Shown here: positions 8,254-15,967 of the stretch, piece after piece | How the letters are laid out: each line of letters begins with the position of its first letter | How positions within the stretch are numbered: the stretch's first letter is position 1 | Origin: an uncultured virus (IMG/VR IMGVR_UViG_3300024255_000005) | Taxonomy: Duplodnaviria; Heunggongvirae; Uroviricota; Caudoviricetes | IMG/VR virus record: IMGVR_UViG_3300024255_000005 | Length of the DNA: 20,000 nucleotides | Strand: one strand, 5' to 3' | The notes under the pieces: model-generated | Told to the model about the DNA's origin: nothing | Databases searched by the model: none | Seen by the model: the letters and a program-made list of their open reading frames with translations, nothing else | Position numbers and translations under genes: made by a program

Positions 8254-8330
8254 GGTCTGGTAGTTCAGTTGGTTAGAATACATGCCTGTCACGCATGGGG
8301 TCGCGAGTTCGAATCTCGTCCAGACCGCCA
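8254..8330 (+). tRNA. tRNA-Asp (anticodon GUC)
   Basis: Acceptor GGTCTGG/CCAGACC, anticodon arm CATGC-CTGTCAC-GCATG, T-loop TTCGAAT, encoded CCA end. Confidence 0.97.
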
Positions 8331-8337
8331 CTCAGAG

Positions 8338-8362
8338 AAGCACATGAAACATTGTGCTTTTT
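8338..8362 (+). terminator. Terminator after the tRNAs
   Basis: AAGCACA-TGAAACAT-TGTGCTT followed by TTT. Confidence 0.6.
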
Positions 8363-8373
8363 GGGGGTATAAC
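8346..8373 (+). promoter_or_regulatory. Putative promoter GAAAC-N17-TATAAC overlapping the terminator
   Basis: GAAAC 8346-8350 sits in the hairpin loop; TATAAC 8368-8373. Confidence 0.55.
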
Positions 8374-8394
8374 TAATATAGAAAACAATTTAAA

Positions 8395-8631
8395 ATGAGA
8401 AAAGTACACAGAGGTAGTCGAGGAATGGTCGCTGGAGTATGTGATGGTTTAGGATATTATTTTGGAATTGATCCATTAATATTTAGACTTTTATTCACAT
8501 TAGCATTCTTTACACCTACAATTCCAGCAATATTAATATACATTATATTTTGGATAGTAATACCAGCAAATAAAAAAACAAAAACAAATGACAAGAGCGC
8601 AAATAGTTCAAAAACTACTAGACGAAAATAA
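8395..8631 (+). CDS. pspC: PspC domain membrane protein
   Basis: Classic PspC pattern R....MVAGVCDGLGYYFGIDPLIFRLLF...ILIYIIFWIVIP. Confidence 0.9.
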   Translation: MRKVHRGSRGMVAGVCDGLGYYFGIDPLIFRLLFTLAFFTPTIPAILIYIIFWIVIPANKKTKTNDKSANSSKTTRRK

Positions 8632-8767
8632 GATAACAACAGCAGAAGCTGTAGTTCTTCTTACACCAGAGGATTCATACACTCGTCCTACAACTTATTT
8701 ACCTTACCAACCACAACGAGGAACAGATCCTTATTGGTTCACAACATCGACACATGATAACGCCTAA
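8588..8767 (+). CDS. Hypothetical protein (59 aa), not in the ORF track
   Basis: MTRAQIVQKLLDENKITTAEAVVLLTPE...THDNA* fills the gap between pspC and the nuclease. The N-terminus is SHOCT-like. Confidence 0.65.
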   Translation: MTRAQIVQKLLDENKITTAEAVVLLTPEDSYTRPTTYLPYQPQRGTDPYWFTTSTHDNA

Positions 8768-9152
8768 CTATACATTTAACGCAAAACTAATTAGAGTAGT
8801 AGACGGAGATACTGTATGGGCACATGTAGATTTAGGATTTGATATTTGGAAAAAGGTAAACGTTAGACTACATGGAATAGATACACCTGAAACTAGGACT
8901 AGAGATCTAGTAGAAAAAAGAGCAGGTCTTAAATCTAAAGAAAGACTAGCGCAGTTACTAGAACAAGGAAACAATGAATTCGTATTGGTTTCTAAAGAAG
9001 TGGATAAATATGGAAGAGCGCTAGGAGAACTATATAATGGTTATCATGAAGTTCATGTCCATGAAGGTGAAACTAGACCTATATCAATTAGTATAAATCA
9101 AGTATTATTAAACGAAGGTTTAGCAAAACCTTATAATGGAGGAAAAAGATAA
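8754..9152 (+). CDS. Thermonuclease (staphylococcal nuclease-like)
   Basis: Motifs RVVDGDT, VRLHGIDTPE, DKYGRALG and INQVLLNEGLA. Confidence 0.92.
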   Translation: MITPNYTFNAKLIRVVDGDTVWAHVDLGFDIWKKVNVRLHGIDTPETRTRDLVEKRAGLKSKERLAQLLEQGNNEFVLVSKEVDKYGRALGELYNGYHEVHVHEGETRPISISINQVLLNEGLAKPYNGGKR

Positions 9153-9155
9153 AAT

Positions 9156-9734
9156 ATGAAATCAAGAAAATTTAGCATTTCAGGATTATTAGAATTAAGA
9201 CCTGGAAAATTTGAAGACGAAAGAGGAGAGTTTATAGAAACATTCAAATCTTCAAAACTTAAAGAACTTGGAATTACAGAAGAATTTCTACAAGATAATC
9301 AATCTGTTTCTAAGAAAGGAGTATTTAGAGGAATACATTTACAAACCGGAGACAGTGCTCAAGGAAAATTAGTAAGAGTTTCTAAAGGAGCTGTTGTAGA
9401 TTTCGCAGTAGATCTTAGGCCTGGTTCCCCATCCTATGGAGAATGGACTTATGTATTATTAAGTGCGCACATAGGAAATCAATTTTGGATTCCAGCCGGA
9501 TTTGGCCATGCGTTTCTTGCCCTTGAGGATGATACAATCTTTTCATATAAATGTACTAAAGAATATGATAAGAGTGCAGAGGAGTGTCTCCTATGGACCG
9601 ACAAGGATATAGATCTGACTATAGATAAGAGTATACTTGCACAATTCAATATATCAGACATCTTAGTCTCTGAAAAGGATAAAGAAGGTATTACGCTAAA
9701 GGAATATACTAAAAAATATGGCGTACTGGTTTAA
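9156..9734 (+). CDS. rmlC: dTDP-4-dehydrorhamnose 3,5-epimerase
   Basis: Motifs FEDERGEFIETF, QDNQSVSKKGVFRGIHLQ, QGKLVRV, VDLRPGSP, IPAGFGHAF, YKCT and SEKD. Confidence 0.95.
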   Translation: MKSRKFSISGLLELRPGKFEDERGEFIETFKSSKLKELGITEEFLQDNQSVSKKGVFRGIHLQTGDSAQGKLVRVSKGAVVDFAVDLRPGSPSYGEWTYVLLSAHIGNQFWIPAGFGHAFLALEDDTIFSYKCTKEYDKSAEECLLWTDKDIDLTIDKSILAQFNISDILVSEKDKEGITLKEYTKKYGVLV

Positions 9735-10203
9735 AAGAAAATACAGACAAATTAAAAGAGTCTTAGATTACTTGCCAATTATTTGGAAAGGTTATGATTT
9801 TGATTATAGATACGCAATTGATTTATTTAAACATCAATTAATACGTACTGAGAAATTCATGTCTTCTCCTAACACAGTCACAGTAAACGCTAATAGTAGA
9901 GCTAAGAGAATTAAAACCGCTATCGAACTTCTTGATAAAGTTTACGATGAAGAATATGGAATGGAATACATGGATCAAATGAAAAAGATATATGGTGATA
10001 ACGTATTAGATTGGAACTTTGAAGACACTGGAAAGGGAGATGGAAGTTCATATCTTAATTATGAATATGAGAAGTGGGAAAATAAAAATGAAGTTAAAGA
10101 AACCTTTGATAAACTATTTAAACAGTCTAAAGAAAAGCAAATTAGAGCAGAGAAATTAGTATGGAAATTTATATCCCATAACATCCGAGGATGGTGGGAT
10201 TAA
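9718..10203 (+). CDS. Hypothetical phage protein
   Basis: 161-aa ORF overlapping the end of rmlC; ends in HNIRGWWD. Confidence 0.75.
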   Translation: MAYWFKRKYRQIKRVLDYLPIIWKGYDFDYRYAIDLFKHQLIRTEKFMSSPNTVTVNANSRAKRIKTAIELLDKVYDEEYGMEYMDQMKKIYGDNVLDWNFEDTGKGDGSSYLNYEYEKWENKNEVKETFDKLFKQSKEKQIRAEKLVWKFISHNIRGWWD

Positions 10204-10230
10204 AATAATTTGAAAATAATTGCCTAAATA

Positions 10231-10270
10231 TTTTTTTATCTCAGATATTTTGCTTATATTAGTATAGTAA
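10231..10270 (+). promoter_or_regulatory. Repeated early-type promoter, copy 1
   Basis: TTTTTTTATCTCAGATATTTTGCTTATATTAGTATAGTAA. TATATTAG resembles the Bacteroidota -7 element TAnnTTTG. Confidence 0.8.
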
Positions 10271-10290
10271 TAATCAATAAAGCAAAAAAT

Positions 10291-10518
10291 ATGTCACTTA
10301 ATTTAAACGTAGAAAAAGCTTGGGTAACCTTCTTAAATGATGGTTGGGAAAGCGTTTGGCATCCAGTAACAGACGTTCTTGGAAACCATTTAGACTGGTC
10401 AGACGAAATCATGGACCATTGTAGAAAACAATTTAATGACTCTGACAATTGGGTTAGTTTTGGAATCGCTCCTACTTCTCAAATGTTAATTAAAAACTCA
10501 GTAAGAGATAACCTTTAA
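10291..10518 (+). CDS. Hypothetical protein
   Basis: 75-aa ORF directly after the promoter repeat, with an A-rich leader. Confidence 0.75.
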   Translation: MSLNLNVEKAWVTFLNDGWESVWHPVTDVLGNHLDWSDEIMDHCRKQFNDSDNWVSFGIAPTSQMLIKNSVRDNL

Positions 10519-10528
10519 AAATATAAAA

Positions 10529-10987
10529 ATGAAAACAGTAATTTTCGATTTAGATGGAACTCTCGCTCTTATCGACGATAGGAGAGCTATTTCCACAAAA
10601 GATAATGGTAAAATGGATTGGGACACTTTCTTCGATCCAGCAAACATTCAATTAGATAAACCGAATTGGCCAGTTATTCACATGGCAAGACTTCTTAAGA
10701 AAGATGGCCATAGAATTGTAATTTTCAGTGGAAGATCTAAAGCAACTAAGGACGCAACAAGAGATTGGTTAAACGATCTTGATATTCCATTTGATGTTTT
10801 AAAGATGCGACCAACTGATGGCGGTTTTAAATGGATGAAAGATGATGTGTTAAAAAAGAAATGGCTTGATGATTTGTTTCCAAACACAGACGATATTACA
10901 TGTGTATTTGACGACCGAGATAAAGTTGTTCAAATGTGGAGAGACAATGGTATCACTTGCTTTCAAGTAGCTGACGGTAATTTTTAA
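10529..10987 (+). CDS. HAD-family phosphatase (T4 PseT 3'-phosphatase domain-like)
   Basis: Motifs FDLDGTLA, FSGR, LKMRP and FDDRDKVVQMWR. Confidence 0.9.
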   Translation: MKTVIFDLDGTLALIDDRRAISTKDNGKMDWDTFFDPANIQLDKPNWPVIHMARLLKKDGHRIVIFSGRSKATKDATRDWLNDLDIPFDVLKMRPTDGGFKWMKDDVLKKKWLDDLFPNTDDITCVFDDRDKVVQMWRDNGITCFQVADGNF

Positions 10988-10997
10988 AATAAAAGAT

Positions 10998-11282
10998 ATG
11001 AAATTCAAAGATTTAACATTTAACAAACAAACGCATGGTGGTGTAGGCACCACTGTAAAATTCAAAGACGTTACGGTGAGTATTCAGGCTGGTAAGTTTG
11101 TTTACAGTAATCCTCGAGAGGATGGCTTAGACTCTACACAATACTCTTCATTCGAAGTTGCTGTATGGGAGAACTCCAAAGACGGAAGTTTTGTCACTTC
11201 TAAATTTATAGATACTGAAGATCAGGTTGCAGGATGGACTTCTAAAAAAGATATTGATAATCTTTTACAAAAATTGAAATAA
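10998..11282 (+). CDS. Hypothetical phage protein
   Basis: 94-aa ORF in the operon; SIQAG..VYSNPR..FEVAV pattern. Confidence 0.75.
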   Translation: MKFKDLTFNKQTHGGVGTTVKFKDVTVSIQAGKFVYSNPREDGLDSTQYSSFEVAVWENSKDGSFVTSKFIDTEDQVAGWTSKKDIDNLLQKLK

Positions 11283-11509
11283 TGGGAATAGAAGGATTAT
11301 TTTTAACGATTTTTTTAGGAGCATTTGCATTCGTAATGGGATGGATGAAAGGATGTGAAGACGAGCAATCGAGAATTAGAGAAGCTTTCAGGTCAGAAGA
11401 ATATGACTATGAAGGCTTCTTTAATGTTCTTGAAAAATATGAAGAAAGGAAGGAAGCCGATAAGCAATGGGCTAAGTTTAATAAAAAAAGAGAAAAAAAT
11501 AAAAAATAA
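11282..11509 (+). CDS. Small membrane protein
   Basis: TAATG translational coupling with the previous gene; N-terminal hydrophobic helix. Confidence 0.7.
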   Translation: MGIEGLFLTIFLGAFAFVMGWMKGCEDEQSRIREAFRSEEYDYEGFFNVLEKYEERKEADKQWAKFNKKREKNKK

Positions 11510-11520
11510 ACAGCTAAAAG

Positions 11521-11560
11521 TTTTTTTATCTCAGATTTTTTGCTTATATTAGTAGAGTAA
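11521..11560 (+). promoter_or_regulatory. Repeated early-type promoter, copy 2
   Basis: TTTTTTTATCTCAGATTTTTTGCTTATATTAGTAGAGTAA. Confidence 0.8.
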
Positions 11561-11581
11561 TAATTAATAAAAGAAACCATT

Positions 11582-11782
11582 ATGGCAGAATTAAAAAACA
11601 AACAGTATATGTTCACCTTTGAAGGTGGTGGTTGGAACACAGTGTGGGCCAAAACTAAACGCGGTGCAATTAAAGCCGCTCTTAAAGAATACTCAGATTC
11701 AGATACTTTGAATCCACGTATTGATTCTTTTCATAAAGCTACCGAAGAAGGTCTTCGTTCAGCAATGTCTCTTTTCTACTAA
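11582..11782 (+). CDS. Hypothetical protein
   Basis: 66-aa ORF directly after the promoter repeat. Confidence 0.75.
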   Translation: MAELKNKQYMFTFEGGGWNTVWAKTKRGAIKAALKEYSDSDTLNPRIDSFHKATEEGLRSAMSLFY

Positions 11783-11794
11783 AAAAAATAAAAA

Positions 11795-12139
11795 ATGAAT
11801 AAATTACAATCACTTAAATGCGTTGAAGTAACTTCACAGACGCAAGCCGACAATGGAACTATTTGTTACCATGACCCTATCACGAATACTGACTACCTTT
11901 CATATGAAAGTGGATATATTCGTAGAGCATATACTCGAAATTACGAAAATTATAAAGGATACGGATGGTCTAATAGAACAATCTATCAATTAAATCCTAC
12001 TAAGAAAACAACACATGAATGGAATGGAAGTTTATGGCCTTCAACTGAAAGGATTATGATCGAAGATCCAAACGAGCGTTTAGACAGACTTGCAAAGGCT
12101 GTAGTTAATTATAGAAAAACCCTTAGCAAGAATGCGTAA
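11795..12139 (+). CDS. Hypothetical protein
   Basis: 114-aa ORF with an A-rich leader. Confidence 0.75.
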   Translation: MNKLQSLKCVEVTSQTQADNGTICYHDPITNTDYLSYESGYIRRAYTRNYENYKGYGWSNRTIYQLNPTKKTTHEWNGSLWPSTERIMIEDPNERLDRLAKAVVNYRKTLSKNA

Positions 12140-12248
12140 ACTAAAACACACACTTAAGCAGATTGATAGTGTAGACATCGTCCTAATTACTGCGTTTGGA
12201 CTTTATATGATTCTACTTATTTCTAACCTTTTAAAAATGGTAAACTAA
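12132..12248 (+). CDS. Small membrane protein (38 aa), not in the ORF track
   Basis: MRKLKHTLKQIDSVDIVLITAFGLYMILLISNLLKMVN*; its stop overlaps the next ATG (TAATG). Confidence 0.65.
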   Translation: MRKLKHTLKQIDSVDIVLITAFGLYMILLISNLLKMVN

Positions 12249-12481
12249 TGAGATATACTGTAACATTTGAAGTATACATCGATGCAGATGACGATAAACA
12301 CGCTCTGTCAAAGGGTGAACTTATCGCCAACAATCAAGAAAATAAATACGGCCAATCATGGGACGTAACGCAATTACACCAAACTCCTTTCGCTTCCTTT
12401 AACATAAAGAAAGTAGATATTCAAAAACTTAGAACGGAGCAAATGATTAAATCAATAGAAGAAGATCCATTACCATTTTAA
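12248..12481 (+). CDS. Hypothetical protein
   Basis: 77-aa ORF ending in the DPLPF acidic tail. Confidence 0.7.
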   Translation: MRYTVTFEVYIDADDDKHALSKGELIANNQENKYGQSWDVTQLHQTPFASFNIKKVDIQKLRTEQMIKSIEEDPLPF

Positions 12482-12482
12482 T

Positions 12483-12662
12483 ATGATGACCTATTTGTAC
12501 ATTGGCGTTTTATTCTCTTTATTTTTACACATATCTCATGATATTCAGTCGAAATATATTGAAGACTATGATGGAAAAAGATTTACCCTTTTAGAATCTA
12601 TTTTCTTGACACTAGCATGGCCATTTTACTTATTTTATTTTATCAAAGGATTTTTCGAATAA
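12483..12662 (+). CDS. Small two-TM membrane protein (59 aa), not in the ORF track
   Basis: MMTYLYIGVLFSLFLHI...ESIFLTLAWPFYLFYFIKGFFE*; fills the intergenic gap almost exactly. Confidence 0.65.
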   Translation: MMTYLYIGVLFSLFLHISHDIQSKYIEDYDGKRFTLLESIFLTLAWPFYLFYFIKGFFE

Positions 12663-12687
12663 ACTTTTTGTAAAACCCATATATAAA
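12660..12687 (+). promoter_or_regulatory. Putative promoter TAAAC-N17-TATAAA
   Basis: Variant of the recurring motif; the ATG lies 4 nt downstream. Confidence 0.45.
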
Positions 12688-12691
12688 CAAT

Positions 12692-13525
12692 ATGCCAGAA
12701 TTAGCAGAATTAAAATTTACAGCAGATTACGTTAACCAAATATCGGAAGGCATGAAATATGTTAACGTAGTAAAAAACCCAGAACATAAGTGTGAAGATC
12801 TAAATATACCCTTTAAGTTTTTTAAAATTAAAGCAGAATCTAGGGGTAAGGAAATGGTTCTTCTTATTTTAGATAATGATTCTGATAAAATTATTCCAAT
12901 TCGAATGACAATGGGAATGAGCGGGTATTTTAAATTGACTAATACTGGCGACGAAGCAAAACATTCACACCTTAAATTTCATCGCAAAGACGGAACAACC
13001 CTTTCATTTGTAGATATGCGTAGATTTGGCAAGTGGAAGCAGGGTTTATGGTGGAATGATACACGAGGGGAGGATCCAACGACCTCCTTTGATTCTTTTT
13101 GGAAAGATATAATGACTAATCTAACGTCACGCGCTTTCAAGAAACCACTCTATGAAGTCCTGATGAACCAAAAATATTTTAATGGAATAGGAAATTACTT
13201 AAGAGCGGAGATTATTTATAGAGCCAAAGATGTAGATCCGTTTCTTCCAGCTGGAATGCAACTAGCAAAATACCCTAAAATACTAGAACTATGTAAAGAT
13301 ATTCCAATGCTAGCATACGCAAAAGGAGGAGGAAGCATTAAAGATTGGGATAATCCATTCGGAACAGATGCTATTCAAGAAAAATTCATGCTATGTTATG
13401 GAAATCCTGTTATGTCAAAAAGAAAAGATAGAAACGGAAGGATGTTTTGGTATGATTCTAAATGGGACAATGTTCCTACAAGTAGAGACGATTTAAAAGA
13501 ATATTTTCATGGCGATAGAAGCTAA
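12692..13525 (+). CDS. nei: Fpg/Nei-family DNA glycosylase/AP lyase, NEIL1-like (zincless finger)
   Basis: N-terminal MPELAE, RGKE, GMSG, FVDMRRFG, H2TH motif LMNQKYFNGIGNYLRAEI. No CxxC zinc finger; C-terminal DRNGRMFWY. Confidence 0.92.
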   Translation: MPELAELKFTADYVNQISEGMKYVNVVKNPEHKCEDLNIPFKFFKIKAESRGKEMVLLILDNDSDKIIPIRMTMGMSGYFKLTNTGDEAKHSHLKFHRKDGTTLSFVDMRRFGKWKQGLWWNDTRGEDPTTSFDSFWKDIMTNLTSRAFKKPLYEVLMNQKYFNGIGNYLRAEIIYRAKDVDPFLPAGMQLAKYPKILELCKDIPMLAYAKGGGSIKDWDNPFGTDAIQEKFMLCYGNPVMSKRKDRNGRMFWYDSKWDNVPTSRDDLKEYFHGDRS

Positions 13526-13694
13526 GAAGTGGCTTAACGAAAACGAATGGCCAGATAATAATATAGACAGCGATGCATTTTCTCATTACACTAAAATGAG
13601 CAGTATAATGGAACAATATGCCAGAGAATATCATGCTAAGAAATTAGAAGAAGCTCGAAAAAAAGAAGTAACACAATTTAAAAAGTTCTTATGA
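13509..13694 (+). CDS. Hypothetical protein
   Basis: 61-aa ORF overlapping both neighbours (ATGA coupling with the next gene). Confidence 0.7.
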   Translation: MAIEAKKWLNENEWPDNNIDSDAFSHYTKMSSIMEQYAREYHAKKLEEARKKEVTQFKKFL

Positions 13695-14323
13695 AGAAAC
13701 TAGAACGCATGCAAAACTTAATCGTAGTTGGACATCCTGATAAAAAATCATTTTGTTATAACGGAATTTTTAAAACAATCCAAGAATCTCTATTAGATAG
13801 TGATTACCTAAATGAAATACAGGTAATAGATTTATATAGAGATGATTTTTCTCAACCAAGAAAAGATCTTATTAAGGAATATCAAGATGCTGTAACATGG
13901 GCGGATAGAATTTACTTCGTATCTCCTGTTTGGTGGTTTAGATTAACACCTAGAATGGAAATATTCTTTGACGAAGTATTTACCCCAGGTTTTGCGTATA
14001 AGTTTGTTCCCCTTTTCGGAGCATACGCGTATCCAAGGCCATTCTTAAGTGATAAAAAGGTAAGGACATATATAACCCATGGAGCTCCTTCATTACCGGT
14101 AAGAACTCTATATTTAAACTCAGTTAAATTACGTTTAGTGATGGGAGTATTTACATTTGTATTTGGATGGAATATTTCAAGATGGTTAAAGACAAAACAA
14201 TTTTGGTCAGTTCCCTTCGTGAGCGATGCAAAAAGAAAGAAATATTTAGACAGAGTTAAAAAAGATATTAAGAGAGATCTTAAAAAACATCAAACATTAC
14301 CTATGCAACATGAAAGTATATAG
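13691..14323 (+). CDS. NAD(P)H-dependent oxidoreductase, flavodoxin-2 fold (KefF/MdaB/NQO-like)
   Basis: Motifs VVGHPDKKSF, IDLY.DDF, ADRIYFVSPVWWF..TPRME.FFDEVFTPGFAY and THGAP. Confidence 0.88.
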   Translation: MKKLERMQNLIVVGHPDKKSFCYNGIFKTIQESLLDSDYLNEIQVIDLYRDDFSQPRKDLIKEYQDAVTWADRIYFVSPVWWFRLTPRMEIFFDEVFTPGFAYKFVPLFGAYAYPRPFLSDKKVRTYITHGAPSLPVRTLYLNSVKLRLVMGVFTFVFGWNISRWLKTKQFWSVPFVSDAKRKKYLDRVKKDIKRDLKKHQTLPMQHESI

Positions 14324-14561
14324 ACCCACAAAAGAAATGAGAATTAATCCACTTTCCTTACAGGAGGGAGGATCTATAGTAACGGTGATTTACGATAATT
14401 ACGCCGTTGAATTTACAAACATCAAATCTCCTTATTCGTATATTTCTTCTATTCGCTTTGCTAAACGCAATGATATTTCTCTTAGAGGTTTTTTAATAAA
14501 CGGTGAAGTATATGACATGTGTAGTGGTAATAAAGAAACAAAAATAAATAAATCAGTATAA
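14310..14561 (+). CDS. Hypothetical protein
   Basis: 83-aa ORF overlapping the upstream stop codon. Confidence 0.7.
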   Translation: MKVYRPTKEMRINPLSLQEGGSIVTVIYDNYAVEFTNIKSPYSYISSIRFAKRNDISLRGFLINGEVYDMCSGNKETKINKSV

Positions 14562-14562
14562 T
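14535..14562 (+). promoter_or_regulatory. Putative promoter GAAAC-N17-TATAAT
   Basis: GAAAC 14535-14539 and TATAAT 14557-14562; ATG 5 nt downstream. Confidence 0.6.
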
Positions 14563-14567
14563 ATTAT

Positions 14568-15461
14568 ATGAAAAACGTATTAGTCACAGGTGGTGCAGGA
14601 TTTGTCGGAAGCAACCTCATTAAACACCTACAGGAAACCTATCCAAAAATTAAAATAACTTCATTAGATAATTACTTCACGGGAAAAGAAGAAAATCATG
14701 TTCCTGGCGTAACCTATTATAGAGGACATACTTGGGAAGCAGATACTATTTTTGAAAAATTACCAGAAGAAAATTACTTTGACACTGTATTTCACTTTGG
14801 AGAATATAGTAGAATTGTTCAATCGTTTGAAGATATTGATTTTGTCCATAGATCTATTCTATCTGGAACACCTGTTATATTAGAACTATGTAGAAAATGG
14901 AATTCAAAGTTAATTTATTCTGCATCTAGTTCTAAATTCGGTAACAACGGTGAAGATGAGAATCTTTCTCCTTATGCTTGGATGAAATCTAAGATGGTAG
15001 AATTAATCAAAAACTATAATACATGGTATGATCTTCAATATGAGATCTGTTATTTCTTTAATGTATACGGACCTGGTCAAATTACATCAGGTGATTATGC
15101 AACAGTTGTTGGTATTTTTGAAAGACAATTTAAGGCAGGTGAAAAATGTTCAGTAGTTTCTCCTGGAAATCAAAGTAGAGACTTCACACATGTTGAAGAC
15201 GTAGTTACAGCGCTCGGATTAGCAGCACAGAGAAAAGACAATCACGAATGGCACCTGAGAAGCGGAGTTAATACTACAATGATAGAATTAGCAGAAATGT
15301 ATGGTGATTGGGTAATGATTCCTGAAAGAAGAGGCGAAAGGTTTACAAGCGAAGACTTCCCATCAGACACTGAAGAAAAATTAGGCTGGAAACCAACTTG
15401 GAAATTACAAGATTGGGTAAATTTAGTAACATCATCAAAACAAGAAAAAATTAATGCATAA
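14568..15461 (+). CDS. NAD-dependent nucleotide-sugar epimerase/dehydratase (extended SDR)
   Basis: Motifs VTGGAGFVGS, DNYFTG, SASSS, YAWMK (YxxxK), FNVYGP and RDFTHVED. Confidence 0.93.
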   Translation: MKNVLVTGGAGFVGSNLIKHLQETYPKIKITSLDNYFTGKEENHVPGVTYYRGHTWEADTIFEKLPEENYFDTVFHFGEYSRIVQSFEDIDFVHRSILSGTPVILELCRKWNSKLIYSASSSKFGNNGEDENLSPYAWMKSKMVELIKNYNTWYDLQYEICYFFNVYGPGQITSGDYATVVGIFERQFKAGEKCSVVSPGNQSRDFTHVEDVVTALGLAAQRKDNHEWHLRSGVNTTMIELAEMYGDWVMIPERRGERFTSEDFPSDTEEKLGWKPTWKLQDWVNLVTSSKQEKINA

Positions 15462-15945
15462 AAAAGGTAAAATAGTATTAGTAGGAAAGGCAGCCGCTGG
15501 AAAAGATTATTTAAGAACTAGATATGAAAATAGAGGTTTCGTTTTTGGAGTCTCTTATACTACTCGTCCTCCTCGTAAGAAGGCAAACGAACAAGAAGGA
15601 GTAGACTACTATTTTGTAAACGAAGATAGCTTTAAAAACATGATCGATAATGATGAATTCGTTGAGTATCAAAAATTTAACGGATGGTATTACGGAATCA
15701 CAAAGGAAGAATTTGAAAGATGTGACGTAATGATTTTAAATGCGGAAGCAGTCGATTTATTAAATGAAGAATATCGAGGTAGATGCTTTGTAACCTATAT
15801 AGATATACCAATTGAAGTAAGAAGATCAAGAATTGTTGAAAGAAACGATCCAGACGACAATTTCGAAAGAAGAATACAGGCAGATGAAGATCAATTTAGA
15901 AACTTTTCTAATTTTGATTGTAGAATAACTAACCACAACTTTTAA
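15454..15945 (+). CDS. gmk: Guanylate kinase-like NMP kinase
   Basis: P-loop GKAAAGKD, plus SYTTRPPR, EQEGVDYYFV and FNGWYYG. Confidence 0.88.
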   Translation: MHKKGKIVLVGKAAAGKDYLRTRYENRGFVFGVSYTTRPPRKKANEQEGVDYYFVNEDSFKNMIDNDEFVEYQKFNGWYYGITKEEFERCDVMILNAEAVDLLNEEYRGRCFVTYIDIPIEVRRSRIVERNDPDDNFERRIQADEDQFRNFSNFDCRITNHNF

Positions 15946-15967
15946 AACAACAATAAATAATAATAAG

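Noticed and set aside
8164..8330. tRNAs as a prophage attachment site
   Set aside because: No integrase, no duplicated tRNA 3' end, and phage-like genes continue on both sides.
8140..8376. ORFs 8140-8331 (-) and 8170-8376 (+)
   Set aside because: They are shadows of the tRNA-Ser and tRNA-Asp genes.
11355..11652. ORFs 11355-11552 (+) and 11407-11652 (-)
   Set aside because: They overlap a better-supported gene and run through the promoter repeat; composition is low-complexity.
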